A DNA stretch of 64,000 nt from Candidatus Spongiihabitans sp. Its GTDB lineage: Bacteria > Pseudomonadota > Gammaproteobacteria > Arenicellales > Poriferihabitantaceae. The position numbers and the translations under genes are program-made. The notes below the pieces were generated by a model. That model made no database searches. It saw only the letters and a list, made by a program, of their open reading frames with translations, and was not told the origin of the DNA. The stretch spans positions 115,678 through 179,677 of the forward strand of contig NZ_OZ250154.1 in the NCBI RefSeq assembly GCF_965237845.1, in the 5' to 3' direction. Positions 29,443 through 39,219 of this stretch are shown in pieces (positions within the stretch are counted from its first letter, which is position 1; each line of letters begins with the position of its first letter).

Positions 29443-30023
29443 TCGCCGATTTTGCTTTCCAGCCCGGATAATAGTCGAGAGAGATTTTCCTTGTGGCGCC
29501 AAAATAGCAATACCGCGATAACGAGGGATAGCAGGAAAAATGACAAGCCCGGCAACAGCCACAATACAAAAAAGGGAGCCAATGTCGCGGCACTGAGCGC
29601 CGCCAGCGATGAATAGCGAAATAATACAGCCATACTCAGCCAAATGGCCAATAACACCAGCGTCAGCGACCAACTCAAACCAAGAAAGACGCCGGTGGCG
29701 GTGGCCACCCCCTTTCCGCCTTTTCCGCCAAAAAAAACCGGGTACAAGTGCCCGAGAAACGCGGCGCCCCCGACCAGCGCGATGACCATCGCATTGTCGG
29801 TCAGCATTTTTGCGATGAGCATGGGAACCAACCCTTTGAGCAGATCGCCGATTAATGTTATTACCGCCGCTTTTTTGCCCCCAATACGCAGTACATTGGT
29901 TGCGCCCGGGTTGTTTGAGCCGCTGGTGCGCGGATCCGGCAGGTGCATGATGCGACATACGATGATTGCGCTGGAGATTGAACCAAAACAGTAGGCCAGT
30001 AGCGGCAGAGTAAAATTTAACAT
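29439..30023 (-). CDS. plsY: glycerol-3-phosphate acyltransferase PlsY
   Basis: 194 aa membrane protein. GSISSAIIV...[12 protein letters not shown]...GGKGVAT motifs. Confidence 0.92.
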   Translation of the reverse strand: MLNFTLPLLAYCFGSISSAIIVCRIMHLPDPRTSGSNNPGATNVLRIGGKKAAVITLIGDLLKGLVPMLIAKMLTDNAMVIALVGGAAFLGHLYPVFFGGKGGKGVATATGVFLGLSWSLTLVLLAIWLSMAVLFRYSSLAALSAATLAPFFVLWLLPGLSFFLLSLVIAVLLFWRHKENLSRLLSGLESKIGD

Positions 30024-30103
30024 TGGATATTGGTTTGGACTTGAATTACATTTGACGCATTACAGTTAGCCCCGGTGCGAAAATTTATCACGAAAATTTA
30101 TCA

Positions 30104-30460
30104 ATGGACATTATTTACCTTCATGGACTAAAAGTCGACTGCGTTATTGGTGTTTGGGAATGGGAAAAGCAAATTACTCAGACCGTCACTATCGATCTCG
30201 ATATGGGATTCGACATTTCTGTTGCGGCGAAAAGCGACCATTTGCAAGATACCTTAAGTTACAAACAGGTCTCCAGGCACGTGCAATCCTTGGTCAAGGA
30301 GTCCCGATTTGCGCTGGTGGAAAAGCTGGCAGCCGCAATCGCTGCCATGTTGCTGACTGATTTTTCTATTAAGTGGTGCCGGGTAAAAATCAATAAATTC
30401 GGCGCAGTCGGGGCAGCCGGAGACGTTGGCGTCATCATAGAAAGAGGCAAAATGACGTGA
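30104..30460 (+). CDS. folB: dihydroneopterin aldolase
   Basis: 118 aa. MDIIYLHGLKVDCVIGVWEWEK...DTLSY..V motifs. folB-folK pair opposite plsY. Confidence 0.88.
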   Translation: MDIIYLHGLKVDCVIGVWEWEKQITQTVTIDLDMGFDISVAAKSDHLQDTLSYKQVSRHVQSLVKESRFALVEKLAAAIAAMLLTDFSIKWCRVKINKFGAVGAAGDVGVIIERGKMT

Positions 30461-30942
30461 CTCATGTTGTTCTGGGCCTCGGCAGTAATATCAATCGGGA
30501 AAAAAATATTCGCTTCGCGGTTAAGCAAATTGGTGATCGGTATGGTGAAATTGAGATTTCACCGATCTATGAAACCGCCGCGATCGGCTTTGACGGGCCG
30601 GCATTTTTTAATTTAGTGCTTGGCTTTAAGACCTCATCCTCGCTTTTGGATATACGGGATAAATTACGCAATATTGAAACTGCGGCAGGGCGCATTCGCG
30701 GGCGACAATCATTCGACAACCGGCACCTGGATATTGATGTGGAATTATTCGGTGATAAAAATTTGCGTCCTGACGGGCTTAACATTCCTAGCGATGAGAT
30801 TGAGAAATATGCCTACGTTTTAAAACCATTATCAGATTTGTACCCAACTCTGGCACATCCGGTCAGCGGCGTGAAATTCGAGCAAATGTGGCTGGATTTT
30901 GATAGCACTCAAAAGCTTGGGGTGGCGAATTTTTCGCTTTAG
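30457..30942 (+). CDS. folK: 2-amino-4-hydroxy-6-hydroxymethyldihydropteridine pyrophosphokinase
   Basis: VLGLGSNI...SPIYET...F.N......RHLDIDV..F motifs, 161 aa. Confidence 0.9.
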   Translation: MTHVVLGLGSNINREKNIRFAVKQIGDRYGEIEISPIYETAAIGFDGPAFFNLVLGFKTSSSLLDIRDKLRNIETAAGRIRGRQSFDNRHLDIDVELFGDKNLRPDGLNIPSDEIEKYAYVLKPLSDLYPTLAHPVSGVKFEQMWLDFDSTQKLGVANFSL

Positions 30943-31009
30943 TCATTCGCTTTGGTCAGATGAATTCATATCGGTCCCCATTTTACCCTGTATAAGCTCA
31001 GAAACATTC

Positions 31010-31580
31010 ACTCGACTGGATGCCCGCGGCCGCCACAAACCGACCCCCCCCGCAAACCCAAAACCCGCAAGCCCAAAGGCTTCAAGCATCCACCGCTTGA
31101 AGCATCCACCGCTTGAAGTGTTCGCCTGCGATACCGTGGTGCGCCTGCGCGAGGGACTGCGCCGCTACCTGTTCACCTTCATCGACCCTCACTCCCGCTT
31201 CGCTATCGCCTTTGCCGCCGCCCAGTCCAGCCAGCAGGCTGCCATCGCCCTTGATGCGCTGTGCCAACTGCTGCCAAAACCGCCGCGCTTCAGGATTGAA
31301 GACAACGGCTCGGAGTTCATATGACGCTTCCAGCAACGCCCCGATGCCCACGGCATGACCCACTGGCGACCTTATCCCCGCTTGCCCAGAACGACCGCCC
31401 ATGCCGAGCGCTTCAACCGCACCATCCAAGAGCAGTTGGTCGATTATCACGAGGATCAACTATTCCATGACTTGCCCGGCTTTAACCGCAAACTGGCCGC
31501 CTGGCTACTCGACTGCAACACCGTCCTGCCCCATCATAGCCTCTCGGCTTGCAATCTCCCGCAACTTCCTCATCCATAAT
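31010..31580 (+). pseudogene. remnant of a DDE (rve/integrase-core) transposase, N-terminally truncated and frame-shifted
   Basis: Fragments ...FACDTVVRL..YLFTFIDPHSRFAIAF...EDNGSEFI* and, in another frame, ...THWRPYPR.P.TTAHAERFNRTIQEQLVDYHED...LPHHSL. GC is visibly much higher than the flanks. Contains a 16-bp tandem duplication at 31084-31115. Confidence 0.75.
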
Positions 31581-31706
31581 CAACCCGAGTGCCATAGGGG
31601 GTGGATTTATACATACCCTATCTATTTCCTGATATTTCTGGTATAAATCGCGCCCCCCCCCCACGACCAATTTACGTGGCCAATTATTGAGTATCAAGGC
31701 AAGCCA

Positions 31707-31943
31707 ATGACAAGAGTATGTCAAGTAACCGGAAAACGCACCCTCGTCGGTAATAATGTTTCCCATGCGCACAATAAAACCAAGCGTAAATTTTTCCCAA
31801 ATTTACACAATCGACGCTTCTGGGTCGAAAGTGAAAATCGGTGGGTAAAACTTCGTATTTCCACTGCGGGAATAAGAATGATCGATAAAAAGGGTATTGA
31901 TGCGATACTCAGCGACATCCGTTCACGCGGAGAGAAAGTGTAA
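31707..31943 (+). CDS. rpmB: 50S ribosomal protein L28
   Basis: [33 protein letters not shown] is the canonical L28 sequence. Confidence 0.97.
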   Translation: MTRVCQVTGKRTLVGNNVSHAHNKTKRKFFPNLHNRRFWVESENRWVKLRISTAGIRMIDKKGIDAILSDIRSRGEKV

Positions 31944-31996
31944 TCTGAATATTGCCCAGAGATATGGACCGGAAAATTGACCATGGGAATTAAAAT

Positions 31997-32152
31997 ATGC
32001 GAGATAAAATTAAATTAGTGTCCAGCGCCGGAACCGGCCATTACTACACCACCACCAAAAACAAAGGCACCATGACTGAAAAAATGGAAATTAAAAAGTA
32101 TGATCCGGTTGTTCGAAAACACGTTATCTATAAAGAGGGAAAAATAAAATAA
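31997..32152 (+). CDS. rpmG: 50S ribosomal protein L33
   Basis: Not in the ORF track because it is under 60 aa. Manual translation gives [51 protein letters not shown]. Immediately follows rpmB. Confidence 0.95.
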   Translation: MRDKIKLVSSAGTGHYYTTTKNKGTMTEKMEIKKYDPVVRKHVIYKEGKIK

Positions 32153-32217
32153 CGGCATCAAGCATGCCAAATAGTTGGTTAAATATTTTTCGCTTCACAA
32201 TGAATCATTATTAAATA

Positions 32218-32436
32218 ATGAATCAAATTAAATCCAAGCAATCCGGATTACTAAAAACCGGAATCATTGGCAGCATTATCGTTGCGCTGTGTTGTTTTAC
32301 ACCTATTCTCGTGGTGTTGCTCGGTGGCCTTGGGCTTTTCGCTGTGGTCGGGTATCTTGACTTCGCGCTGTATCCGGCTCTGGCATTTTTTATTGGCATG
32401 ACTATATTCTCGTTATGGACACAATCGAAAACGTAA
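32218..32436 (+). CDS. MerF-like two-TM membrane protein (vicinal-Cys CCFTP motif)
   Basis: ...IIGSIIVALCCFTPILVVLLGGLGLFAVVGYLDFALYPALAFFIGMTIF aligns by eye with MerF (IIGTTLVALCCFTPVLVILLG...GYLDYVLLPALAIFIGLTIY). It lacks the C-terminal CC pair. Confidence 0.8.
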   Translation: MNQIKSKQSGLLKTGIIGSIIVALCCFTPILVVLLGGLGLFAVVGYLDFALYPALAFFIGMTIFSLWTQSKT

Positions 32437-32645
32437 TCCTGCAATCCACCATTACTTGCCCCCACTGCAACCACGAAGAGCAGGAGATTATGCCAACCAA
32501 TATGTGCCAGTGGTATTATGACTGCAAAGGCTGTGGCATCCTGATTAAACCGAAACCGGATGATTGCTGCGTATTTTGTTCTTACAGCACAGAGGCCTGT
32601 CCACCGATGCAGTTGGATGCCCGGTGTTGCATCAGGAAATCCTGA
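32415..32645 (+). CDS. GDCCVxC-domain small Cys-rich protein
   Basis: CPHC...CQWYYDCKGCG...PDDCCVFCSY..ACPP matches the GDCCVxC family pattern. Overlaps the MerF-like gene by 22 nt. Confidence 0.75.
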   Translation: MDTIENVILQSTITCPHCNHEEQEIMPTNMCQWYYDCKGCGILIKPKPDDCCVFCSYSTEACPPMQLDARCCIRKS

Positions 32646-32706
32646 GACTTAATCTGGTGCCGCATCTGGCGCACTCCGTTTGAAACAGGTCTAGCGGATT
32701 TCACGC

Positions 32707-33888
32707 ATGTCTGGATTACTGGCTAAATTACTGGAGCAACGCGGCGTGCTTTTGGCTGACGGCGCGACCGGATCAAATTTATTCGACAGAGGGTTGCAAA
32801 CCGGAGACTCCCCCGAGCTGTGGAATGACATTCATCCCGACCGCATTGCAAAAAACTATCAATCCTTTATTGACGCTGGTTCAGATATTATCTTAACCAA
32901 TACCTTCGGCGGTAGCCGACACCGATTGAAACGACATGATGCGGTCGAGCGGGTGTCCGAACTGAACGTCAAAGGCGCGCAGATTGCCCGACAACAGGCA
33001 GAAAAAGCAGACCGGGAAATTGTCATTGGGGGTTCTATAGGCCCCACTGGTGAAATCTTGCAACCGCTGGGGAATCTTAGTGTCGCGGCGGCGGCGGATG
33101 CATTTGCAGAGCAAGCGCACGCTTTAAAACAAGGTGGCGTGGATATCTTCTGGATTGAAACCATGTCGTCCAGGGAAGAGGTTGAAGCGGCCGTGATCGG
33201 CGCTTCCCGAGCCGGTCTGCCCATGGTCGTAACTTTCAGTGTCGATACCAACGGTCGAACCATGATGGGACTGTCCCCTGCGGACATCGTGAAAATCTGC
33301 CTTGAAATGGAAAAAATGCCTTTTGCGATTGGCGCAAACTGTGGTGTGGGCGCGTCGGAACTGGTTGCCGCCATAGTCAATATGCGACATGCTCTAATAC
33401 AGCAAGATATAATGCAGGAAAAAGTTGAAACGATCATTATTTCTAAAGCAAACTGCGGGATTCCGGAATACATTGACGGTAAAATCGTCTACAGCGGCAG
33501 CAAACAAGTCATGGCGGAATACAGTCGATTGGCAGTGGATGCCGGAGCCAGGATAATTGGCGGTTGTTGCGGCACCACGCCAGATCACATAAAAGCGATG
33601 CGCAAAGCCCTGGATCACCACCAAAAACAATCGCCGCCAGATCTAGAAATTATTGAAAACAAACTCGGAAAAGTTTCATCTGGCGCGAAGGCACAGCTAC
33701 GCGGTGAGTTGAGCATTGCAGCCGGGTCCCTCAGTGACCGGGGCGAGCGCAAAACCACAAGGCTACGCCGACGACTGCATGGATACAAAAGGGACAACCC
33801 CAAGGATGGAGGCGGTAGAACTGGGTCTGGAACAGAAGTCGAGAGCGACGCACCAAGCCAAAGCCGCAACCGGGAAATGAATTTTTGA
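32707..33888 (+). CDS. homocysteine S-methyltransferase-domain protein (BHMT/MetH-N-like)
   Basis: LLADGATGSNLF...ELWN...AGSDIILTNTFG...GGCCGTTPDHI is the Zn-binding GGCCG motif. Has a low-complexity C-terminal tail. Confidence 0.85.
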   Translation: MSGLLAKLLEQRGVLLADGATGSNLFDRGLQTGDSPELWNDIHPDRIAKNYQSFIDAGSDIILTNTFGGSRHRLKRHDAVERVSELNVKGAQIARQQAEKADREIVIGGSIGPTGEILQPLGNLSVAAAADAFAEQAHALKQGGVDIFWIETMSSREEVEAAVIGASRAGLPMVVTFSVDTNGRTMMGLSPADIVKICLEMEKMPFAIGANCGVGASELVAAIVNMRHALIQQDIMQEKVETIIISKANCGIPEYIDGKIVYSGSKQVMAEYSRLAVDAGARIIGGCCGTTPDHIKAMRKALDHHQKQSPPDLEIIENKLGKVSSGAKAQLRGELSIAAGSLSDRGERKTTRLRRRLHGYKRDNPKDGGGRTGSGTEVESDAPSQSRNREMNF

Positions 33889-34826
33889 ATACCGCTTTTA
33901 TATACGATCCGATATTTCTGAACCATGATACTGGAGCGGGCCACCCTGAACGCAGTCAGCGTTTGAGCGCGGCCTATAATGTGCTTAGCGCGCAGCCGTG
34001 GTTCAGTAATCTACAGTGCCTGAAAACAGCTAAAGCGGATTTGCAATGGATTGGCGCGGTCCATGATGATCGGTATATCGGTAGAGTGAAACAAGCCTGC
34101 GATCTGAAGCAACGACATATTGATTCACTGGATGTCTCGATTTGCAAAGCGTCTTATGATGTGGCGTTAAACGCGGTGGGCAGTGTTTTGGCGGTTGCCG
34201 ATGAAGTCATGGCCAATAAAGTGGACAATGGATTCGCCATGATTCGGCCGCCAGGGCATCATGCCGAGGTAAATCTGGCGATGGGATTTTGCTTGTTCAA
34301 CAGCATTGCAATTGCCGCCAGATACCTGCAGAAAAAATACCGCTTGGAGCGGGTATTGATTCTTGATTGGGATGTGCACCATGGCAATGGCACTCAGCAT
34401 ATTTTCGAACAGGATTCTTCGGTGTTTTATATTAGTGTGCATCAATTCCCACACTATCCCGGAACCGGGGCGCTTGCTGAAACCGGCATTGGCGAGGGCC
34501 AGGGCGCGACGCTAAATTGCCCGATGAGTCCGGGCTTGGGGGATGAGCATTATCGCCAGGCTTTCAAGGAAATTATACTGCCCAGGGCAAAAACCTTCGC
34601 CCCGGATGCGGTGCTGATTTCCGCTGGATTCGATGCCCACAAAGCCGACCCGCTGGGTTCCATCAATCTCAATAGCCAAAGCTATGTATGGATGACGCAG
34701 ACGATGATGGAACTGGCCGATCAGTGTTGCGAGGGACGGTTGATTTCGGTGCTTGAGGGCGGCTACGATCTCAGCGCACTGGCCGAATCCGTCACCGAAC
34801 ACGTCAAAACGATGAGTCAGTCTTAA
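33885..34826 (+). CDS. histone deacetylase-family amidohydrolase (acetoin-utilisation/APAH-like)
   Basis: RPPGHHA...LILDWDVHHGNGTQ...SAGFDAH..DPLG...EGGY motifs. Confidence 0.9.
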   Translation: MNTAFIYDPIFLNHDTGAGHPERSQRLSAAYNVLSAQPWFSNLQCLKTAKADLQWIGAVHDDRYIGRVKQACDLKQRHIDSLDVSICKASYDVALNAVGSVLAVADEVMANKVDNGFAMIRPPGHHAEVNLAMGFCLFNSIAIAARYLQKKYRLERVLILDWDVHHGNGTQHIFEQDSSVFYISVHQFPHYPGTGALAETGIGEGQGATLNCPMSPGLGDEHYRQAFKEIILPRAKTFAPDAVLISAGFDAHKADPLGSINLNSQSYVWMTQTMMELADQCCEGRLISVLEGGYDLSALAESVTEHVKTMSQS

Positions 34827-34854
34827 CCAGCCATGCGTAACCAGCCAGGCGTAA

Positions 34855-35841
34855 CTAGCCAGTCGTGATGGACGTCACCGTTTCCTGTAATGTTGCGAGA
34901 TTAATTACCGATAGATAGTGCGGCGGCGAGTCCGCGCCGCGGAAAGTTTTTTTAACGATACTTTCGAGATTAGGACGTTTTTCCGCCGCGCTTGCACCCT
35001 TTCCGAGCCCGCCACCGAATTCGATCATCACTTCCACTCCAGTCTCACCGGCGGTTACCAGATTCTTGTGCCATAGCACCGGGTTAAACAATTGCAAAAA
35101 TAATCGGGACTTGATAGCGTTGATATCGGTGTCATGCACGCCGCCGGTAAAATTTGAAAGCACATCAATCTGGGGCGATTTAAAATCGGCCTGATCAAGC
35201 GTTTGCCGAAATCGTCTTGCCGCTTCCACCATATAATAGGTGTGGAACGCGCCTTCAGTTTTTAATCGGGCAGACCGCTTGCCGGGAAACTTTTCCGCCA
35301 TTGTTGACACCAGAGCGTCTAAATCTTCAGCCGGCCCGCCAACAACATTTTGGTTAGGCAAATTGCAAGCCGCTATGCCGCAATAGTGTCGTTCAGCCAG
35401 CGACTCGGCCGACTCAAGATCAATCATTAACGCTTCCATTCCGCCTTCGCCATATTCCCCCATCAGCTCGCCTCGTGTTTTCACCAGTTGCAAAGCGAGC
35501 GCAAAGCTCAACGAGTTTGCGCAGACCAATGCGGAATACTCCCCCAAACTGTGGCCCGCGGCCAAGTTGGGCGAAATCGCATTATCAGTGTGTTCAGCAA
35601 ACGCTCGGCAACAAGCAATGGAATGGGTGAGTAATACAGGTTGGGTAAATCGGGTTAAATTTATCTGATCACCCGCATCATCGAAAGATAATTTGGCGAT
35701 GTCATAGCCAAGAATCTCGCTCGCTTCGCCATAGGTGTCGCGCACAATTTCAAATTCATCGAATAAATCCTTGCCCATGCCGGGGTATTGTGATCCTTGA
35801 CCGGGGAACAGGAAGGCAATGCCTGCTGAGGTTAAGGCCAT
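34855..35841 (-). CDS. ACP S-malonyltransferase-like acyltransferase
   Basis: FLFPGQGSQYPGMG and GHSLGEYSAL active-site motifs, 328 aa. Not in a fab operon context. Confidence 0.8.
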   Translation of the reverse strand: MALTSAGIAFLFPGQGSQYPGMGKDLFDEFEIVRDTYGEASEILGYDIAKLSFDDAGDQINLTRFTQPVLLTHSIACCRAFAEHTDNAISPNLAAGHSLGEYSALVCANSLSFALALQLVKTRGELMGEYGEGGMEALMIDLESAESLAERHYCGIAACNLPNQNVVGGPAEDLDALVSTMAEKFPGKRSARLKTEGAFHTYYMVEAARRFRQTLDQADFKSPQIDVLSNFTGGVHDTDINAIKSRLFLQLFNPVLWHKNLVTAGETGVEVMIEFGGGLGKGASAAEKRPNLESIVKKTFRGADSPPHYLSVINLATLQETVTSITTG

Positions 35842-35876
35842 GATTATTAGGGGGCTAGGGGCGGGGAACGAGAACC

Positions 35877-36329
35877 TTATTCCTTTTCTTTAATCTCGAA
35901 TCCCAACATTCTTAAAGGCTCGTTGGTTGGATGTCCACCGCTAGCAATACCGGGATACGACAACCATTTTTCTTTTTTATATTCTGCGTGTGCTATTTGC
36001 AAGACCAATTTCGGTGGATACTCTTCGTCTTCGTGTACCAGGTTGTACTTTGTACTATTACGTTTTGGATGCCAGCCGATCATTTTTAAAAGCTTAATAG
36101 CCGTTAAAACGTGGTGTTGTTCTATATGTTCAATTTCTGTGCTCATTAGTATTTTATCCAAATAGTGAAATAAAAAAATCCCGCCAAACAACACTGCAAA
36201 CGGATTATACAACAAAGCGGGCGTGATGGCAGTAATTTTTAGGGGGTTCTTTTGATTTCTTGAAAGAACTTCCCATTGTGCGAAGTCGAACCCCCTAAAA
36301 TTGCCCCTAAAATGGGTACAATACAGCAC
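35877..36329 (-). CDS. hypothetical protein
   Basis: ORF only. A possible internal start at MSTEIEH. The C-terminal ...KRNSTKYNLVHEDEEYPPKLVLQIAH... has no confident family assignment. Confidence 0.35.
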   Translation of the reverse strand: MLYCTHFRGNFRGFDFAQWEVLSRNQKNPLKITAITPALLYNPFAVLFGGIFLFHYLDKILMSTEIEHIEQHHVLTAIKLLKMIGWHPKRNSTKYNLVHEDEEYPPKLVLQIAHAEYKKEKWLSYPGIASGGHPTNEPLRMLGFEIKEKE

Positions 36330-36395
36330 TTAATTAATTTCGATATCTAATTAAAATCACAACCTCATTATTAACTTCATTAGAATGATAAAAAA

Positions 36396-37283
36396 ATGTC
36401 AATGGTCATTGATGGAAAGGCGTTCGCGGCAGGTTTGCGCGAGCGTGTAGCGCAAGCAGTCAAAATAATCGGCAGTCAGAATGGCGTTACGCCGGGACTG
36501 GCGGTTGTTTTAGTCGGCGAAGATCCGGCCAGCCAAGTGTATGTCAGAAACAAGGGGAAGCAAACCGTGGAAGCGGGCATGGACTCTTTTGAGTATAAAT
36601 TGCCAGTGGACACGTCCGAACAGGATTTGCTGGCTTTGGTGGCGCAGTTGAATAATGATCCGGCGGTAAACGGCATATTGGTGCAGTTGCCCCTGCCAAA
36701 GCATATCGATGCATCCAAAGTCATCAATTCAATCAGCATTGACAAAGATGTGGATGGCTTTCATACTGAGAATGTTGGAAAACTTTCTATCGGCGAAGAT
36801 TCTCTGGTGCCTTGCACACCGGCCGGATGCCTGATGTTGTTAAAAGATCATATCGGCGATTTGACCGGCAAGAATGCGGTCATTGTCGGTCGTTCCAATA
36901 TCGTAGGCAAGCCCGTTTCGATGCTGTTATTGCGCGAAAGCTGCACCGTTACCATTGCTCATTCCCGCACCCGCGACCTGCCGGCGGTTTGTCGCCAGGC
37001 AGATATTGTGGTTGCAGCGGTCGGCGTCCCTGAACTAGTGAAAGGCGACTGGATTAAATCCGGCGCGGTTGTTATTGATGTGGGAATTAACCGAGTGGAC
37101 GGCAAAGACGGCAAAAGCAAACTGGTCGGCGATGTCGATTATGCGGCAGCGATGGAAGTTGCGGATGGGGTGACCCCGGTGCCTGGTGGCGTGGGGCCGA
37201 TGACCATCGCCTGTTTGCTACGTAACACGGTTATTGCCACATGCAGGAAGAACGGCATTGAAATCCCTTCAGTGATAACCTAA
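36396..37283 (+). CDS. folD: bifunctional methylenetetrahydrofolate dehydrogenase/cyclohydrolase
   Basis: IDGKA...[19 protein letters not shown]...GILVQLPLP...DGFH..N.G...GRSNIVGKP...PGGVGPMT motifs. Confidence 0.95.
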   Translation: MSMVIDGKAFAAGLRERVAQAVKIIGSQNGVTPGLAVVLVGEDPASQVYVRNKGKQTVEAGMDSFEYKLPVDTSEQDLLALVAQLNNDPAVNGILVQLPLPKHIDASKVINSISIDKDVDGFHTENVGKLSIGEDSLVPCTPAGCLMLLKDHIGDLTGKNAVIVGRSNIVGKPVSMLLLRESCTVTIAHSRTRDLPAVCRQADIVVAAVGVPELVKGDWIKSGAVVIDVGINRVDGKDGKSKLVGDVDYAAAMEVADGVTPVPGGVGPMTIACLLRNTVIATCRKNGIEIPSVIT

Positions 37284-37370
37284 AGCATGGTTGCGATGGA
37301 ATTTCGCAGGGCACAAATCCTTGTGGCTCGGTGGTTGCTCGGCGTGCCCGCAAAAGGCGCCCCTGCAAGA

Positions 37371-37985
37371 TTAATGTAATGCCGAGATATACAACGCCAG
37401 TTGCTTGATTTGTTGTTCACTAAGCGGAAAAGCGATAGGATTCATTATCGGGCTGTTTCGCTCCCCGGATTTGAACGCCAATAATTGCGTTTCGATATAG
37501 CTTGCATGTTGACCGGCCAGTCTCGGAAAGTTGGGAGGAATGCCGCTTCCTGACGGGCCGTGGCATCCCATGCACGCTGGCACATTGAATTCGGCGCTGC
37601 CACCACGAAAAACCGCTTCGCCGGCTCGCGCTTGTTGCTCCTGGTCAGCGGTTATGGATCCGCCGGAAATTTGTTGTTCCGAATAATAGGCATCCAGATC
37701 AGCCATGTCTTGTTCAGACAAGGCGCCGACTATCCCGCCCATTATTGGATCTGTCCGCTCGCCAGACTTAAAATTAGCCAGTTGCGCGGCGATATAACCG
37801 GCCACTTGTCCGGCAATTTTAGGAAACTGGGCAACCGGACTATTGCCATCGGCGCCGTGGCAAGCCATACAAGTAATCGACTTTTGCTTTCCTGCTTTAG
37901 CATCACCGGATTGCGCCGCGCTGTTCGCGTTAATCGCGAATGCGAGCGCCAGAGAAACCATCAAAATTTTAAACATGCGAATCAT
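37371..37985 (-). CDS. dihaem cytochrome c4
   Basis: Signal peptide plus two CxxCH sites (CMACHG, CMGCHG) with distal PIM Met motifs. Divergent from engB, as in pseudomonads. Confidence 0.9.
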   Translation of the reverse strand: MIRMFKILMVSLALAFAINANSAAQSGDAKAGKQKSITCMACHGADGNSPVAQFPKIAGQVAGYIAAQLANFKSGERTDPIMGGIVGALSEQDMADLDAYYSEQQISGGSITADQEQQARAGEAVFRGGSAEFNVPACMGCHGPSGSGIPPNFPRLAGQHASYIETQLLAFKSGERNSPIMNPIAFPLSEQQIKQLALYISALH

Positions 37986-38046
37986 TGTGAAACCTGGTTA
38001 TTGATTTGACCCAGAGCTTGCTTTCAGGCTCGAAAATAAATTATTT

Positions 38047-38377
38047 CACCCTTTTTAACAATATTCTTAGATTAGGGTACAAGTATACCGTGAATTTAAG
38101 TTATTCATTTTCAGTTTGGCTCGTGCCGTTTCCTTTAAAATAAACATGTATCAGGTGCACCCTTTTTAACAATATTATTAGATAGGGCGCAAGTATACCG
38201 TGAATTTAAGTTATTCATTTTCAGTTTGGCTCGTGCCGTTTCCTTTAAAATAAACATGTATCAGGTGCACCCTTTTTAACAATATTATTAGATAGGGCGC
38301 AAGTATATCGTGAATTTAAGTTATTCATTTTCAGTTTGGCTCGTGCCGTTTCCTTTAAAATAAACATGTATCAGGTG
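38047..38377. repeat. 3 tandem copies of a ~110-bp intergenic unit
   Basis: Unit starts (caccctttttaacaatatt...) are at 38047, 38158 and 38268. The array ends at 38377. Copies 2 and 3 are almost identical. Confidence 0.95.
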
Positions 38378-38440
38378 CACCGACCGGGAGAGAACACGTA
38401 AAATCAAGCGCGAATTATATCAACAATTATTGCTAAAAAC

Positions 38441-39058
38441 TTGGCCACGATCGCCCCAATAGACTTCACCAACGCGAGTTACGCTTTGGCAGCGCACTAC
38501 CCAAGCCAATGGCCACCGGACATAGGCGCGGAAGTGGCGTTCGCCGGGCGCTCAAATGTGGGCAAGTCCAGCGCGATTAATGCAATTACCAATCAAAATC
38601 GCCTGGCAAAAACCAGTAAAACCCCAGGCCGAACCCAACAAATCGTGTTTTTCGAGTTACAGGATTCGTTGCGGTTGGTGGATTTGCCCGGATATGGTTA
38701 CGCCAAAGCGCCCGCGAATTTGCGAAAACACTGGCAGGAATTTATTTCCGACTACCTATCCGCTCGTCAATGCTTGCGCGCCTTAGTCATGCCAATGGAT
38801 ATCCGCAGACCGCTAACCGAACTGGATATCATCATGCTGGAGTATTGCTGGGAGATCGAGTTGGCGGTGCATGTGCTGCTGACCAAGGCGGACAAATTCA
38901 AGCGCGGAAAGGCGTTAAATATTTTGCAAGCCGTAAGCAAGGATTTGCAATCCCAACCGCAGACCACAGTGCAGTTATTTTCCGCGGCAAATAAACAAGG
39001 CGTGGATGAGGCGCGGAAACATTTGACCGGATATTTGCATGAAAATGTGGTGACTTAG
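38441..39058 (+). CDS. engB: ribosome-biogenesis GTPase EngB/YihA
   Basis: EVAFAGRSNVGKSSAINAIT...DLPGYGYAK...LLTKADK GTPase motifs. The exact start is uncertain (TTG). Confidence 0.9.
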   Translation: MATIAPIDFTNASYALAAHYPSQWPPDIGAEVAFAGRSNVGKSSAINAITNQNRLAKTSKTPGRTQQIVFFELQDSLRLVDLPGYGYAKAPANLRKHWQEFISDYLSARQCLRALVMPMDIRRPLTELDIIMLEYCWEIELAVHVLLTKADKFKRGKALNILQAVSKDLQSQPQTTVQLFSAANKQGVDEARKHLTGYLHENVVT

Positions 39059-39219
39059 ACCTTGTTTGTCTCATATGCGGTGAACCCGGACAGGTGCTGT
39101 ATTATATTTGGCACCGGGCAACGCGGGAAGGGAGTTAAGTCACCTAAACGCTATATCCACATGCTTTTCTGACGTAACGACCTCAAGACAATGGTCAACC
39201 AACATAGGAGAAATAGAAA

